The notes below the pieces were generated by a model, which worked only from the letters and a program-made list of their open reading frames with translations, ran no database searches and had not been told where the DNA came from. A DNA stretch of 64,000 bases from Escherichia phage EcS1: sequence record NC_055721.1. One strand, 5' to 3'. Both the position numbers and the translations under genes were made by a program. Positions 1 through 13,095 of this stretch are shown here, piece by piece (within the stretch, counting starts at the first letter, position 1; every line of letters starts with the position of its first letter).

Positions 1-1608
1 GAACTGATTGCTAACGTTAATAATATTAACGAAGCTCTTGAAATGGGATCAGATACTGAGATCATTAAACAAGTAGGCATTAACAAAGACAATATCGAAA
101 TTCTTCAAGAGCATATGCAATTTGCAGAAAATGATATTGGTAATCTTATTACTGGACTAACTCAAGTAGCTGATGATGTTGGTCCTTATGACCAAGATGT
201 TGACCCGTATTACCGTACAGTGCGTGATAACCTTGTATGGGTTAAAAAAGAAATGGGTCAATACCCAGGACAAGATTTTAATGGTCAATCTGTAGTTGGA
301 AATGTCTCGACAGGTATGAAACGTCGTATCATTGAAAACAGTTCAGAAATAGCTAGTCAAGGTTCTCGTATTACCGAGTTAGAAGACAATTACGAAAACT
401 CAGATATCGGTGCATTAACAATTGAAGTAAACAAACTTCGTAAAGAAGTAGGTCCTTCAACTGCGGCTAAAGCTGATACTTTGTATAAACGTACTGATAC
501 ATTAGAAACAAAATCAGCTTCAATGGATCGTAATATCGATGAGATCGAAATAGCAATTGGTTTTGGTGGAACTCCTATTGATACTCGTGTTACTACAAAC
601 ACTAATAGCATCTCTACACTTACTACTCAAATCACTGCACCTATTACAGGTCTTTCGCCACGTGTTGTTGTAATTGAAAATGCTATTGGAACAACCACAC
701 AACCTGCTACTATTAACGGTAAAATCTTTGTTTTACGTCGTGATTTAGATGCACTATCTCTTGTAGTCGGAAGCGATACTTCATCTGGTCTTCGCGGTGA
801 TGTTGCATGGCTGAACCAGCGCGTAGGTATTGTCCCACAAGGACAACAACCTGGTCCTACTACAGCATTTGGTCAGATTGCTACTTTATCTTCATTGGCT
901 AACTCTAATGCTTCAGCTATTCAGGATATCCAAGCTGAAATTGGTAACAACACAACTGGTCTTAAAGGACAAGTAATTAGCCTGACAAGTATCATTAATG
1001 GTACTAACCCTAATGGTGTTACTGTCGAAGAACGTGGTCTTTTAAGAACTGTTAAGGCTCATGATGTAACAATTAAGACATTAATTCCAGAAGCCCCAAT
1101 TAATGGTAAATCTTATGTGCGTAAAGATGCCGCTTGGAGTGAGTCTAATGCAATTGATACGAGTACTTTAGTTGCTGAAGCTCCTAACGACGGTAAAGAA
1201 TACGTCCGTAAGAGTAAAGCCTGGGAAGAACTTGTTTTAACATCTTATTTGACTGATGCTGCTTCTGATAGCAAATTATATGGAAGACAAGATGGAGCTT
1301 GGACTGAAGTTGTTATTCCAAGTGTAACCGGATTTATCACAGATGCTCCTAAAGAAGTTAAAAACTTCGTACGTAATAATGGCGCTTGGGTTGCTATTAC
1401 TATTCCTACTGTGCCGGATGTTTCAGATTTTATTACTGATGCACCTAACGATACCAAATTATATGGTCGTAAGGCTGAAGCATGGGAAGAAGTTGTTATT
1501 CCTGCAGCTCCAGATATCACTAATTTGATTCCTGAAGCGCCTAAAGATGGTAAGGCTTATGTTCGTAAAGATGGGGCTTGGGTAGATATTACCACATTGA
1601 CTCCATAA
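1..1608 (+). CDS. wac: Fibritin (neck whisker), 5-prime partial; reading frame open from position 1
   Basis: Frame continuous from base 1 to stop at 1606-1608; C-terminus ends in foldon-like motif PEAPKDGKAYVRKDGAWVDI resembling T4 foldon [21 protein letters not shown]; lies immediately upstream of gene 13 as in T4. Confidence 0.8.
   Translation, partial: ELIANVNNINEALEMGSDTEIIKQVGINKDNIEILQEHMQFAENDIGNLITGLTQVADDVGPYDQDVDPYYRTVRDNLVWVKKEMGQYPGQDFNGQSVVGNVSTGMKRRIIENSSEIASQGSRITELEDNYENSDIGALTIEVNKLRKEVGPSTAAKADTLYKRTDTLETKSASMDRNIDEIEIAIGFGGTPIDTRVTTNTNSISTLTTQITAPITGLSPRVVVIENAIGTTTQPATINGKIFVLRRDLDALSLVVGSDTSSGLRGDVAWLNQRVGIVPQGQQPGPTTAFGQIATLSSLANSNASAIQDIQAEIGNNTTGLKGQVISLTSIINGTNPNGVTVEERGLLRTVKAHDVTIKTLIPEAPINGKSYVRKDAAWSESNAIDTSTLVAEAPNDGKEYVRKSKAWEELVLTSYLTDAASDSKLYGRQDGAWTEVVIPSVTGFITDAPKEVKNFVRNNGAWVAITIPTVPDVSDFITDAPNDTKLYGRKAEAWEEVVIPAAPDITNLIPEAPKDGKAYVRKDGAWVDITTLTP
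1080..1605 (+). repeat. Six tandem foldon-like peptide repeats (about 30 aa period) at fibritin C-terminus
   Basis: Repeats LIPEAPINGKSYVRKDAAWSE / VAEAPNDGKEYVRKSKAWEE / TDAASDSKLYGRQDGAWTEV / ITDAPKEVKNFVRNNGAWVA / ITDAPNDTKLYGRKAEAWEEV / LIPEAPKDGKAYVRKDGAWVD. Confidence 0.85.
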
Positions 1609-1615
1609 AAATTAT

Positions 1616-1640
1616 GGGAGACTTCGGTCTCCCTTTCTTG
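1616..1640 (+). terminator. Rho-independent terminator after wac (GGGAGAC-TTCG-GTCTCCC + T-run)
   Basis: 7-bp GC stem, tetraloop, TTTCTT. Confidence 0.7.
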
Positions 1641-1672
1641 CATAAATACAGTTATTAATACAAGGACATCCT

Positions 1673-2614
1673 ATGGCCGGCTATAACGCATATAACCCAA
1701 AAGAGCTCAAGGACGTAATCCTACGTCGCCTGGGAGCTCCAATAGTAAACGTTGAAGTAACAACAGAACAAGTATATGATTGCATCCAGCGCTCCCTGGA
1801 GCTATTTGGCGAGTATCATTTCGATGGCCTTAATAAAGGCTATCAAGTATTCACAATAGGTGAAGATGACGAAGAACTTTATCGTACAGGTGTATTTGAC
1901 CTTTCAGGTAAAAACATTTATGCAATAACCCAAATTGTTCGTACTAATGTAGGCTCAATTACCTCAATGGATGGTAATGCTACTTATCCATGGTTCACTG
2001 ACTTTATGCTAGGCATGGCTGGTATTAATGGTGGTATGGGTTCAAGCTGTAATAAGTTTTATGGACCTAATGCCTTCGGTGCAGACCTTGGTTATTTCAC
2101 CCAATTGATGCAATACCGCACAATGATGCAAGACATGCTTTCGCCATTACCTGATTATTGGTATAATGATGCTACAGGCCAATTAAAGATTATGGGTAAC
2201 TTCAAAAAGAATGATATCATCATTTGTGAAGTATTCGTTAAATCTTATATAGATGTAGAGAAAGCCGTAGGGAATACTGCTGGCTATGGCTTTGCAAGTA
2301 ATTGTGCTTCTGTAAATCCTTATACCGCTAGCCAAATCTACGATAACCCAGACCGTGCGTTGTCCGGTATGCGTGCAGGTGAGGACCCTGTAATTAAGCA
2401 AGGTTCTTATAATAATCGTTGGGTCAAAGATTATGCGACCACATTAGTTAAAGAACTCAATGGACAAATTCTAGCCAAGCATCAAGGTATGCAATTACCT
2501 GGTGGAATTACAGTTGATGGCACTCGTCTAATTGAAGAAGCTCGTATTGAGAAAGAAGCATTACGACAAGAGCTTGATTTACTTGATCCACCATTTGGTA
2601 TTCTGTTAGGATAA
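1673..2614 (+). CDS. 13: Neck protein gp13
   Basis: 313 aa; N-terminus [21 protein letters not shown] matches recalled T4 gp13; synteny wac-13-14. Confidence 0.85.
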   Translation: MAGYNAYNPKELKDVILRRLGAPIVNVEVTTEQVYDCIQRSLELFGEYHFDGLNKGYQVFTIGEDDEELYRTGVFDLSGKNIYAITQIVRTNVGSITSMDGNATYPWFTDFMLGMAGINGGMGSSCNKFYGPNAFGADLGYFTQLMQYRTMMQDMLSPLPDYWYNDATGQLKIMGNFKKNDIIICEVFVKSYIDVEKAVGNTAGYGFASNCASVNPYTASQIYDNPDRALSGMRAGEDPVIKQGSYNNRWVKDYATTLVKELNGQILAKHQGMQLPGGITVDGTRLIEEARIEKEALRQELDLLDPPFGILLG

Positions 2615-2616
2615 TT

Positions 2617-3393
2617 ATGACTACTTACGATTCATCGCTTTTTGCTAAATTAGAGAATCATACTGGGTACGGTAAAACAAATGAAGAAGAGATATTAAAC
2701 CCATTTGTTAATTTCCATAAGTATGAAAACACTCAGAATTTAGCCGATGTATTAGTAGCCGAAAGTATTCAGATGCGTGGGATAGAACTATACTATGTCC
2801 CACGTGAATTTGTTAAACCAGATATGATATTTGGTGAAGACATTCAATCTAAATTTACAAAGGCCTGGAAATTTGCGGCCTATTTAGATTCATTTGATGG
2901 TTATTCAGGCGATAATACATTCTTTAGTAAATTCGGTATGTCAGTTAATGATGAAGTAAACTTTAGTATTAACCCTAGACTCTTCAAACATCAATGTAAT
3001 GGAACAGAACCTATTGCAGGTGATTTGATTTATTTCCCAATGGATAACAGCTTATTTGAAATTAACTGGGTTGAACCTTATGACCCATTCTATCAAGTAG
3101 GGCAAAATGCTATCCGCAAAGTAACAGCTCAGAAATTCGTTTATTCTGGTGAAGAACTTAAGCCTGAACTTCAACGTAATGAAGGTATCAACATTGCTGA
3201 ATTCAGTGAACTTGATTTACGTCCTATCCATAATATTGATGGATTAGCTGATATCAATGACGACCAATATGCTGAATCAAATCAGTTTAATGAAGAAGCT
3301 TCTAAGTATGTAGAACCATACACTGTTATTAATGGTAAAGGTCTTCAAGAACCGCCTAAAGCAGATTCATTTGATGATTCTTTCTTTGATTAA
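2617..3393 (+). CDS. 14: Neck protein gp14
   Basis: 258 aa, size and position match T4 gp14. Confidence 0.8.
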   Translation: MTTYDSSLFAKLENHTGYGKTNEEEILNPFVNFHKYENTQNLADVLVAESIQMRGIELYYVPREFVKPDMIFGEDIQSKFTKAWKFAAYLDSFDGYSGDNTFFSKFGMSVNDEVNFSINPRLFKHQCNGTEPIAGDLIYFPMDNSLFEINWVEPYDPFYQVGQNAIRKVTAQKFVYSGEELKPELQRNEGINIAEFSELDLRPIHNIDGLADINDDQYAESNQFNEEASKYVEPYTVINGKGLQEPPKADSFDDSFFD

Positions 3394-3411
3394 TAAATAA
3401 GCATATATCAT

Positions 3412-3425
3412 GGGGCTTCGGCCCC
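3412..3425 (+). other. Intercistronic hairpin GGGGC-TTCG-GCCCC just upstream of gene 15 RBS
   Basis: Read directly; no T-run. Confidence 0.6.
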
Positions 3426-3437
3426 TTAGGAGAAAAA

Positions 3438-4267
3438 ATGTTCGGACACTGGTATAATTCATCACTGCGTCGCTATATTGTTTTAATGGGTGATTTGTTT
3501 TCCCATGTCCAGGTAGCACGTGTCAGAGCGGATGTAGGCACTAAGTTTATTAAAGTTCCTATTACTTATGCTTCAAAAGAAAAATTTATGTCTCAACTTG
3601 GCAAATGGACTGCTATTCAAAGCGCTCAAGATAAAGCCAAGATTGAAACAGTTCTTCCACGTATGAATCTTCATTTAGTGGACTTGCAATATAACGCACA
3701 ATATAAAACAGCTACCCAAAACAGAACTGCGGCTCAATATCAAGACGGTGACCCAAGAAAATCTGTTTCACAATTCAGTCCTACTCCAGTCAAAATGATT
3801 TTTGAGTTAGGCATTTATACTCGTCACCAAGACGATATGTATCAAATCATAGAACAAATTTTGCCTTATTTCCAACCTCATTTTAATACAACAATAACAG
3901 AACTTTATACAAATGAGATTAAATTCGAGCGTGACATCAGGATTGTATTCCAATCAGCTGCAATGGACGAACAAATAGAAGGTGACCCGATGACAAGACG
4001 TCGTTTGGAATGGTCTATTATGTTCGAAGTGAATGGTTGGCTTTATCCACCAGTTGCATCAATTGAAGGCGAAATCAGAACAGTATATATTGACTTCTTT
4101 GCCAATACTAAAGAGCTTACGCCTGAAGGCATATTCGAATCAGTTGATAGTGAAGTAGTTCCTAGATATGTAGAAGAAGCCGATTGGGACGGAAAATCAG
4201 AACAAACTTATTCGCATGATATTCCTATTCCTGTTGAGCCTGCGCCACCTAGCCCGAGGACTAATAA

Positions 4268-4271
<4 letters not shown>
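3438..4271 (+). CDS. 15: Tail sheath stabilizer / tail completion protein gp15
   Basis: 277 aa, synteny between 14 and 16; AGGAG-type RBS upstream. Confidence 0.8.
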
Positions 4272-6587
<2,316 letters not shown>

Positions 6588-6619
6588 AAAGTAAAGCAAA
6601 ACAATATTGAGGATTCAAA

Positions 6620-8602
6620 ATGGCTTTATTATCCCCGGGCATTGAGCTCAAAGAAACTAGTGTACAAAGCACCGTCGTTCGTAACGCTACAGGACGTGCT
6701 GCATTGGTAGGGAAGTTCCAGTGGGGTCCTGCGTATCAGGTTACTCAAATCACTAACGAAGTAGAATTGGTTGAACGTTTCGGTGGACCTAATAATGAAA
6801 CGGCTGACTATTTTATGTCGGGTATGAACTTCCTCCAATATGGTAATGATTTACGTGTTGCACGTGTTGTTGACCGTTTGACTGCTAAGAACGCTTCGCC
6901 TATTGCAGGCAATATTAAAACAACTATCACTTCAGCCGGTGCAAACTATGCTGTAGGCGATAAAATCACAATTAAATATCTCCAAACTGTTGTTGAAACT
7001 GAAGGTGAAGTTTCACAAGTTGACGCCGATGGTAAAATTCTGAAAGTATTCATCCCTTCAGAAAAAATCATTGCATATGCTAAATCAGTAAATCAGTATC
7101 CAGCTCTTGGTTCTGCTTGGGTTGCCGAAACGGCATCAAGTTCTTCAGGTACAAACGGAACTATTGCAGTAAATTCAATAGTCACTGATTCAGGTATTTT
7201 ACTGACTGAACCAGAAAGTGCTACAGCTGAAATTACTTCAGTCAAGTATCAAGAACTGTTGGCTGAATATGCTATGCCTGGTATTGTCGCGATTTACCCA
7301 GGTGAAATTGGTTCTCAAATCGAAGTAGAAATTGTTTCTAAAACTTCTTACGATTCGACTACTATCACTGAGCTGCCTATTTACCCAAGTGGTGGTAGTC
7401 GTGCTTCTTCAGGACGTGCTGTATTCAATTACGGACCACAGAATGATAATCAATTTGGACTTATTGTTCGTCGTGATGGTGCTATTGTAGAAACTGTTAT
7501 CCTGTCTATTAAAGAAGGTGATAAAGACGTTTACGGTAATAACATCTTCATGGATGATTATTTCTCTAAAGGAACTTCTAATTACATCTTCGGTACTACT
7601 GTGGGTTGGCCAGTAAACTTCTCAGGTATTATCCAATTGTCTGGTGGTGTTTCTTCTAGCTCAACAATTACTGCCGGTGATTTGATGCAAGGTTGGGATT
7701 TGTTCGCTGACCGTGAAGCGCTTCATATCAACCTGTTAATTGCTGGTGCGTGCGCTGGTGAAGGTGATGAAATTGCAAGTACTGTTCAGAAGCATGTTGT
7801 TTCAATTGCAGATGAACGTCAAGATTGTTTAGCATTCCTTTCTCCACCTAAAGGTACCTTAGTTAATGTTCCATTGACTAATGCGATTGATAACCTTATT
7901 AATTGGCGTACAGGTAATGGGTCATTTGATACTAATAACATGAATATCAGCACGACTTATGCTGCTATTGATGGTAACTACAAATACCAATACGACAAAT
8001 ACAACGACGTAAACCGTTGGGTCCCATTATCTGCTGATATGGCAGGTTTGTGTGCTCGTACTGATGATATCTCTCAACCTTGGATGTCGCCAGCTGGTTA
8101 TAACCGTGGACAAATTCTGAATGTCATTAAATTGGCTGTAGAACCACGTCAAGCGCATCGTGACCGTATGTATCAAGAAGGTATTAACCCAGTTACTGGC
8201 TTCGCAGGTGGTGATGGATTTATTCTTTATGGCGACAAAACCGCTACTAAAGTTCCGACTCCATTTGACCATATTAACGTGCGTCGTTTGTTCAACATGT
8301 TGAAGAAAAATATCGGTGATGCATCTAAATATCGTCTGTTCGAAAATAACGATAACTTCACGCGTTCAAGCTTCCGTATGGAAACTTCACAATACCTGAG
8401 TGGTATTAAAGCCTTAGGTGGTGTATACGAATTCCGTGTAGTTTGCGATACGACTAACAACACCCCAGCTGTTATTGACCGTAATGAATTCGTAGGAAGC
8501 ATTTACGTTAAACCTGCTCGCAGCATTAACTACATCACTCTGAACTTTGTGGCTACAAGCACTGGTGCAGACTTCGATGAGCTGATTGGTCCTGCTCAAT
8601 AA
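6620..8602 (+). CDS. 18: Tail sheath protein gp18
   Basis: 660 aa vs 659 aa in T4; preceded by TATAAATA late box. Confidence 0.95.
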   Translation: MALLSPGIELKETSVQSTVVRNATGRAALVGKFQWGPAYQVTQITNEVELVERFGGPNNETADYFMSGMNFLQYGNDLRVARVVDRLTAKNASPIAGNIKTTITSAGANYAVGDKITIKYLQTVVETEGEVSQVDADGKILKVFIPSEKIIAYAKSVNQYPALGSAWVAETASSSSGTNGTIAVNSIVTDSGILLTEPESATAEITSVKYQELLAEYAMPGIVAIYPGEIGSQIEVEIVSKTSYDSTTITELPIYPSGGSRASSGRAVFNYGPQNDNQFGLIVRRDGAIVETVILSIKEGDKDVYGNNIFMDDYFSKGTSNYIFGTTVGWPVNFSGIIQLSGGVSSSSTITAGDLMQGWDLFADREALHINLLIAGACAGEGDEIASTVQKHVVSIADERQDCLAFLSPPKGTLVNVPLTNAIDNLINWRTGNGSFDTNNMNISTTYAAIDGNYKYQYDKYNDVNRWVPLSADMAGLCARTDDISQPWMSPAGYNRGQILNVIKLAVEPRQAHRDRMYQEGINPVTGFAGGDGFILYGDKTATKVPTPFDHINVRRLFNMLKKNIGDASKYRLFENNDNFTRSSFRMETSQYLSGIKALGGVYEFRVVCDTTNNTPAVIDRNEFVGSIYVKPARSINYITLNFVATSTGADFDELIGPAQ

Positions 8603-8688
8603 TAGGATGGCGCCTAGGACATCTAATCTAGGCGCCATATATTCTATTAGGTTAATAAAAATTCTTTCCCTGACGTCCACTGAGACGT

Positions 8689-8696
8689 TATAAATA
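8689..8696 (+). promoter_or_regulatory. Late promoter TATAAATA upstream of gene 19
   Basis: Perfect box 18 nt before ATG. Confidence 0.6.
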
Positions 8697-8713
8697 ATAC
8701 ATGAGAGTGCACA

Positions 8714-9205
8714 ATGGAATTAACTGATATCACACGTGCCTTCGAATCCGGTGACTTCGCTCGTCCTAACTTGTTCGAAGTCGAAATCCCATTCCTTGGT
8801 AAAAACTTCAGCTTCAAATGTAAAGCTGCTCCGATGCCTGCAGGCATTGTAGATAAAGTCCCAGTCGGTTATATGAACCGTAAAATTAACGTTGCTGGCG
8901 ACCGTACCTTTGACGATTGGACTATCACCATTTATAATGATGACGCCCATAAAACACGTCAGTCTATTGTTGATTGGCAGAATATCTGTCATGGTATGAC
9001 TAACGAAATTACTGGTGGAGCTCCAGCAGAATATAAGAAAACTGCTATTGTTCGTCAATTCCATCGTGATGGCAAAACAGTAACTAAAGAACACACTATC
9101 ACTGGTCTGTGGCCAACTACTGTTGGTGAAGTACAGATGGACTGGGATTCAAATAACGAAGTAGAAACATTTGAAACTACTTTCGCTATCGATTGGTGGG
9201 AATAA
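8714..9205 (+). CDS. 19: Tail tube protein gp19
   Basis: 163 aa identical in length to T4 gp19; late promoter upstream, terminator downstream. Confidence 0.9.
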   Translation: MELTDITRAFESGDFARPNLFEVEIPFLGKNFSFKCKAAPMPAGIVDKVPVGYMNRKINVAGDRTFDDWTITIYNDDAHKTRQSIVDWQNICHGMTNEITGGAPAEYKKTAIVRQFHRDGKTVTKEHTITGLWPTTVGEVQMDWDSNNEVETFETTFAIDWWE

Positions 9206-9211
9206 ATAAGT

Positions 9212-9237
9212 ATGGAGCTTCGGCTCCATCAATTTTT
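9212..9237 (+). terminator. Terminator after gene 19 (ATGGAGC-TTCG-GCTCCAT + AATTTTT)
   Basis: Hairpin plus T-run. Confidence 0.6.
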
Positions 9238-9273
9238 AAAAGTGTTTTAAGCAAATCACTTTTAAAAGTTCGG

Positions 9274-9281
9274 TATAAATA
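9274..9281 (+). promoter_or_regulatory. Late promoter TATAAATA upstream of gene 20
   Basis: Perfect box about 40 nt before ATG. Confidence 0.55.
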
Positions 9282-9321
9282 TTATCAGAGAGCAACGCTC
9301 TGTTAACTTTGGAGACTCTAA

Positions 9322-10890
9322 ATGGCTTTTGACATTCTAAGTATTTTTGTTCCTTGGGCAAAAGAAGACGAACAAGAATACAAACAAACAATAAATGATG
9401 GATTAGAGTCGATTACGGCACCTAAATTTGATGATGGTGCTCTTGAAATCGAAGCTAACGAGAACGATCGCCCTGGTAATGGCTTCATGCAACAAATGTT
9501 TGGTATTCAAGAACCAGGCATGAAGACTACACGAGATATCATTGATACTTATCGTAGTTTAATGAATAACTATGAAGTTGATAATGCTGTCCAAGAAATT
9601 GTTTCTGATGCTATCGTTTATGAAGATAATCATGACGTGGTTTCATTAGATTTAGATTCAACTGACTTTAGTCAGAATATCAAAGATCGAATTCATGAAG
9701 AATTTAATGACGTATTGACAAGTCTTAATTTCCAGCGTAAAGGAACAGACCATTTCCAGCGTTGGTATGTTGATTCACGTATTTTCTTCCATAAAATTAT
9801 AAATCCTAATAAGATTAAAGATGGTATCCAAGAACTTCGTAGATTAGACCCGCGTAATGTCCAATTCGTTCGTGAAGTAATCACTAAAGATGAAGCTGGA
9901 ACTAAAGTAGTTAAAGGATATCGTGATTTCTTTATTTACGATACAGGCAATGAATCATATCAAGCCGATGGCAGAATATATGCTGCTGGAACTAAAATTA
10001 AAATTCCTCGTGCAGCCATTGTGTATGCTCACTCTGGATTAGTTGATTGTTCAGGTAAAAATATAATTGGCTATTTACATCGTGCTGTAAAGCCTGCGAA
10101 CCAATTAAAACTAATGGAAGATTCATTAGTGATTTACCGTATTACGCGTGCACCTGATCGTCGTGTATTCTACATTGATACAGGTAATATGCCTTCACGT
10201 AAGGCAGCACAACACATGCAACACATCATGAACACGATGAAAAACCGTGTTGTGTATGATGCAAGTACCGGTAAAATTAAAAACCAACAACACAACATGT
10301 CAATGACCGAAGATTATTGGTTACAAAGACGTGATGGTAAAGCTGTTACAGAAGTTGACACAATGCCTGGCGCTACTGGTATGTCGGATATGGATGACGT
10401 CCGTTATTTCCGTACTAACCTTTATCGTGCTCTACGTATCCCTGAATCCCGTATCCCTAATGATCAAGGTGGTGGCGGTGTTCAATTCGAATCGGGTGTA
10501 GCAATTACTCGTGACGAACTTAAATTTTCTAAATTTATCCGTGACCTTCAACACAAATTTGAAGAAATCATGTTGGACCCACTCAAAACTAATTTAATTC
10601 TTCGTAAGGTTATTACAGAAGACGAGTGGAACAAAGAGATAAATAATATTAAAGTTGTGTTCCACCGTGATTCATACTTCACTGAAATGAAGGATGCTGA
10701 AATCATGGAACGTAGAATCAATATGCTGACTATGGCCGAACCGTTCATAGGTAAATATATTTCTCATCAAACTGCAATGAAAGATTTCTTGCAAATGTCT
10801 GAAGAGGAAATTGAACAAGAAGCTAAGCAGATTGAACTTGAGTCTAAAGAGGCTCGTTTCCAAGACCCTGAAAATGAAGAGGATTTCTAA
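9322..10890 (+). CDS. 20: Portal vertex protein gp20
   Basis: 522 aa; synteny 19-20-67-68-21. Confidence 0.95.
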   Translation: MAFDILSIFVPWAKEDEQEYKQTINDGLESITAPKFDDGALEIEANENDRPGNGFMQQMFGIQEPGMKTTRDIIDTYRSLMNNYEVDNAVQEIVSDAIVYEDNHDVVSLDLDSTDFSQNIKDRIHEEFNDVLTSLNFQRKGTDHFQRWYVDSRIFFHKIINPNKIKDGIQELRRLDPRNVQFVREVITKDEAGTKVVKGYRDFFIYDTGNESYQADGRIYAAGTKIKIPRAAIVYAHSGLVDCSGKNIIGYLHRAVKPANQLKLMEDSLVIYRITRAPDRRVFYIDTGNMPSRKAAQHMQHIMNTMKNRVVYDASTGKIKNQQHNMSMTEDYWLQRRDGKAVTEVDTMPGATGMSDMDDVRYFRTNLYRALRIPESRIPNDQGGGGVQFESGVAITRDELKFSKFIRDLQHKFEEIMLDPLKTNLILRKVITEDEWNKEINNIKVVFHRDSYFTEMKDAEIMERRINMLTMAEPFIGKYISHQTAMKDFLQMSEEEIEQEAKQIELESKEARFQDPENEEDF

Positions 10891-11165
10891 TGGAAGATTT
10901 CGTTTCCGCAGTTAAATCCAACGACCTCATCAAAGCTAAGAAAGCGTTCAGCGCTATTATGCTTGAAAGGACCGCTGGTTTAGTCGCTGAGCAGCGTAAG
11001 CTTATTGCTCAGTCTATTGTTATCGAAGGCGAAGAAGCTGAAGATAATGATGACGAAGATAAAAAAGATAAAAAACCTCCTTTCCCACCTAAAAAAGGCG
11101 AAAAGGACGAAGATAAAGACGACAAATCTGATTCTGAAGACGACAAAGACGATAAGGAAGATTAA
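10890..11165 (+). CDS. 67: Prohead core protein gp67 (acidic C-terminus)
   Basis: 91 aa with D/E/K-rich tail as in T4 gp67. Confidence 0.7.
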   Translation: MEDFVSAVKSNDLIKAKKAFSAIMLERTAGLVAEQRKLIAQSIVIEGEEAEDNDDEDKKDKKPPFPPKKGEKDEDKDDKSDSEDDKDDKED

Positions 11166-11591
11166 ATGTTAATGCTCCCTGAAGACCACGAATTAGTAAT
11201 CGATAATGTCGAAGCTCTGATTCCTGAAGCACAGGGTCGCCTTGACATCTTGTCGAAAGCACTTGATAAAGCCGATATAAATAAAATTGTAGAGAACATG
11301 CTGAGTGATAATACCGATTTGGCTATTGCACTTGGTTCTCTCAATGAAGATATGCAATTAAATGAATTCATTGTTAAACATGTTTCTAGTCGTGGAGAAA
11401 TTACTCGTACTAAAGACCGTAAAACACGTGAACGTAATGCTTATCAGACAACTGGCTTATCTAAAGCAGCTCGTCGTCAAATTGCTCGCAAGGCGACCAA
11501 AACAAAACGCGCTAATCCGTCTATCACCACGCGTGCCCAACGTAAAAAGAAAAAAGCGATGGCCAAGCGTAAAGCATTTGGACTAAGCTAA
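11166..11591 (+). CDS. 68: Prohead core protein gp68
   Basis: 141 aa, same length as T4 gp68; basic C-terminus. Confidence 0.7.
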   Translation: MLMLPEDHELVIDNVEALIPEAQGRLDILSKALDKADINKIVENMLSDNTDLAIALGSLNEDMQLNEFIVKHVSSRGEITRTKDRKTRERNAYQTTGLSKAARRQIARKATKTKRANPSITTRAQRKKKKAMAKRKAFGLS

Positions 11592-12235
11592 TGAATGAAC
11601 CCCAATTACTAATTGAAAATTGGGGTCAACCAGGCGAAGTGATTAATGGTATTCCGATGCTTGAATCTCACGATGGTTCAGATTCTGGTTTAAAACCAGG
11701 TCTTTATATCGAAGGTGTATTCATGCAAGCTGAAGTTGTTAACCGTAATAAACGTCTTTACCCAAAAACAATTTTGGAAAAAGCTGTTTCTAATTACATT
11801 AAAGAACAAGTTCAGACTAAACAAGCTTTAGGAGAATTAAACCATCCACCTCGTGCTAACGTTGACCCTATGCAAGCTGCCATCATCATTGAAGAAATGT
11901 GGTGGAAAGGCAATGATGTATACGGACGTGCACGTATTATCGAAGGTGACCACGGTCCTGGTGATAAATTAGCTGCAAACATCCGTGCAGGCTGGATTCC
12001 TGGTGTGTCCAGTCGCGGCCTAGGAGCTTTGAAAGCTTCAGGTAAAGGTTATAACATCGTTCAGGAAGGTTTTCGCCTGACGGTTGGTGTGGACGCTGTA
12101 TGGGGACCTAGTGCTCCTGATGCGTGGGTCCAGCCGAAACAAATTTCTGAAAGTACAGAAGAAAAGGCGCAAGTCGCCAATACAAGTGCTGATGATGCTT
12201 TTAATGCACTAGCCGAGCGCTTAAAAGCGTTATAA
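11591..12235 (+). CDS. 21: Prohead core protease gp21
   Basis: 214 aa; near-identical to recalled T4 gp21 (MNEPQLLIE.. LNHPPRANVDPMQAAIIIE). Confidence 0.95.
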   Translation: MNEPQLLIENWGQPGEVINGIPMLESHDGSDSGLKPGLYIEGVFMQAEVVNRNKRLYPKTILEKAVSNYIKEQVQTKQALGELNHPPRANVDPMQAAIIIEEMWWKGNDVYGRARIIEGDHGPGDKLAANIRAGWIPGVSSRGLGALKASGKGYNIVQEGFRLTVGVDAVWGPSAPDAWVQPKQISESTEEKAQVANTSADDAFNALAERLKAL

Positions 12236-12238
12236 ATA
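12231..12238 (+). promoter_or_regulatory. Late promoter TATAAATA upstream of gene 22
   Basis: Perfect box overlapping gene 21 stop. Confidence 0.55.
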
Positions 12239-12267
12239 ATTATGTAACTTAACAACAGGACTTAAAA

Positions 12268-13074
12268 ATGCTGAAAGAACTACTGATTAGCGAAGCTAAA
12301 GAAATCGAAGCTTCCGTAGAACTTGATAGCGTTTTCGAATCAGTTAATCTGTCTGATGAAGCAAAAGCTAATTTCAGCACTGTATTCGAAGCGACCGTCA
12401 AAAAACACGCCGTACAACTGGCAGAATCTCATATTACTAAAATTGCCGAATTGGCCGAATCTCAGGTTCAAGAAGGTATCGAAGCTGCTAAAATCGAAGC
12501 AGAAGCTACTTTGACCGAATCTGCTTCTAAATTCTTCGACCACATCGCTAAAGAATGGCTGGCAGAAAATAAAATTGCAATTGATCGTGGTATTAAAGGC
12601 GACCTGTTCGAATCTATGCTGACCGGCATGAAAGAACTGTTCGTAGAACACAACGTTGTTATTCCTGCTGAATCTGTAGATGTTGTTGCAGAAATGGAAG
12701 AAGAACTTGCTGAAGCTAACGCCGAAACTACTAAATTGTTTGAGTCTAATGTTTCTCTGACTGCTGAAATTGCTTCTATGAAGCGTGATTTTGCAATCAC
12801 TGAAATGACTCGTGATTTAACTGAATCTCAGAAAGAGAGTGTAACATCTCTAACTGAAGGAATGGATTATTCAGATGCTTTTACTGGTAAGTTGACCGCT
12901 ATCGTCGAGATGGTTAAAACATCTAAAGATAAAACCATTACTGAAGGTGTAATAAATACTCCTGAAGATGATGCTGCAAAACTGAACTTTGTATCAGAAG
13001 CAGTCGATGAAAAATCAACTAAAGCACCTTCAGTCATGGATGCATACATCCGCGGTGCGACCCGTCTTTCTTAA
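12268..13074 (+). CDS. 22: Prohead core scaffold protein gp22
   Basis: 268 aa acidic helical protein between 21 and 23. Confidence 0.85.
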   Translation: MLKELLISEAKEIEASVELDSVFESVNLSDEAKANFSTVFEATVKKHAVQLAESHITKIAELAESQVQEGIEAAKIEAEATLTESASKFFDHIAKEWLAENKIAIDRGIKGDLFESMLTGMKELFVEHNVVIPAESVDVVAEMEEELAEANAETTKLFESNVSLTAEIASMKRDFAITEMTRDLTESQKESVTSLTEGMDYSDAFTGKLTAIVEMVKTSKDKTITEGVINTPEDDAAKLNFVSEAVDEKSTKAPSVMDAYIRGATRLS

Positions 13075-13095
13075 TTTAACAAGGTTATACAACAC

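Noticed and set aside
390-702. Minus-strand ORFs 390..611 and 520..702 inside wac, and similar antisense or out-of-frame ORFs inside other recognised genes (e.g. 5032..5241, 8027..8847, 11362..11586, 31958..32359, 33127..33486, 46667..47164, 48284..48634, 59670..59979)
   Set aside because: They lie wholly within strongly supported genes on the opposite strand or another frame, have no RBS and low-complexity composition; treated as frame shadows.
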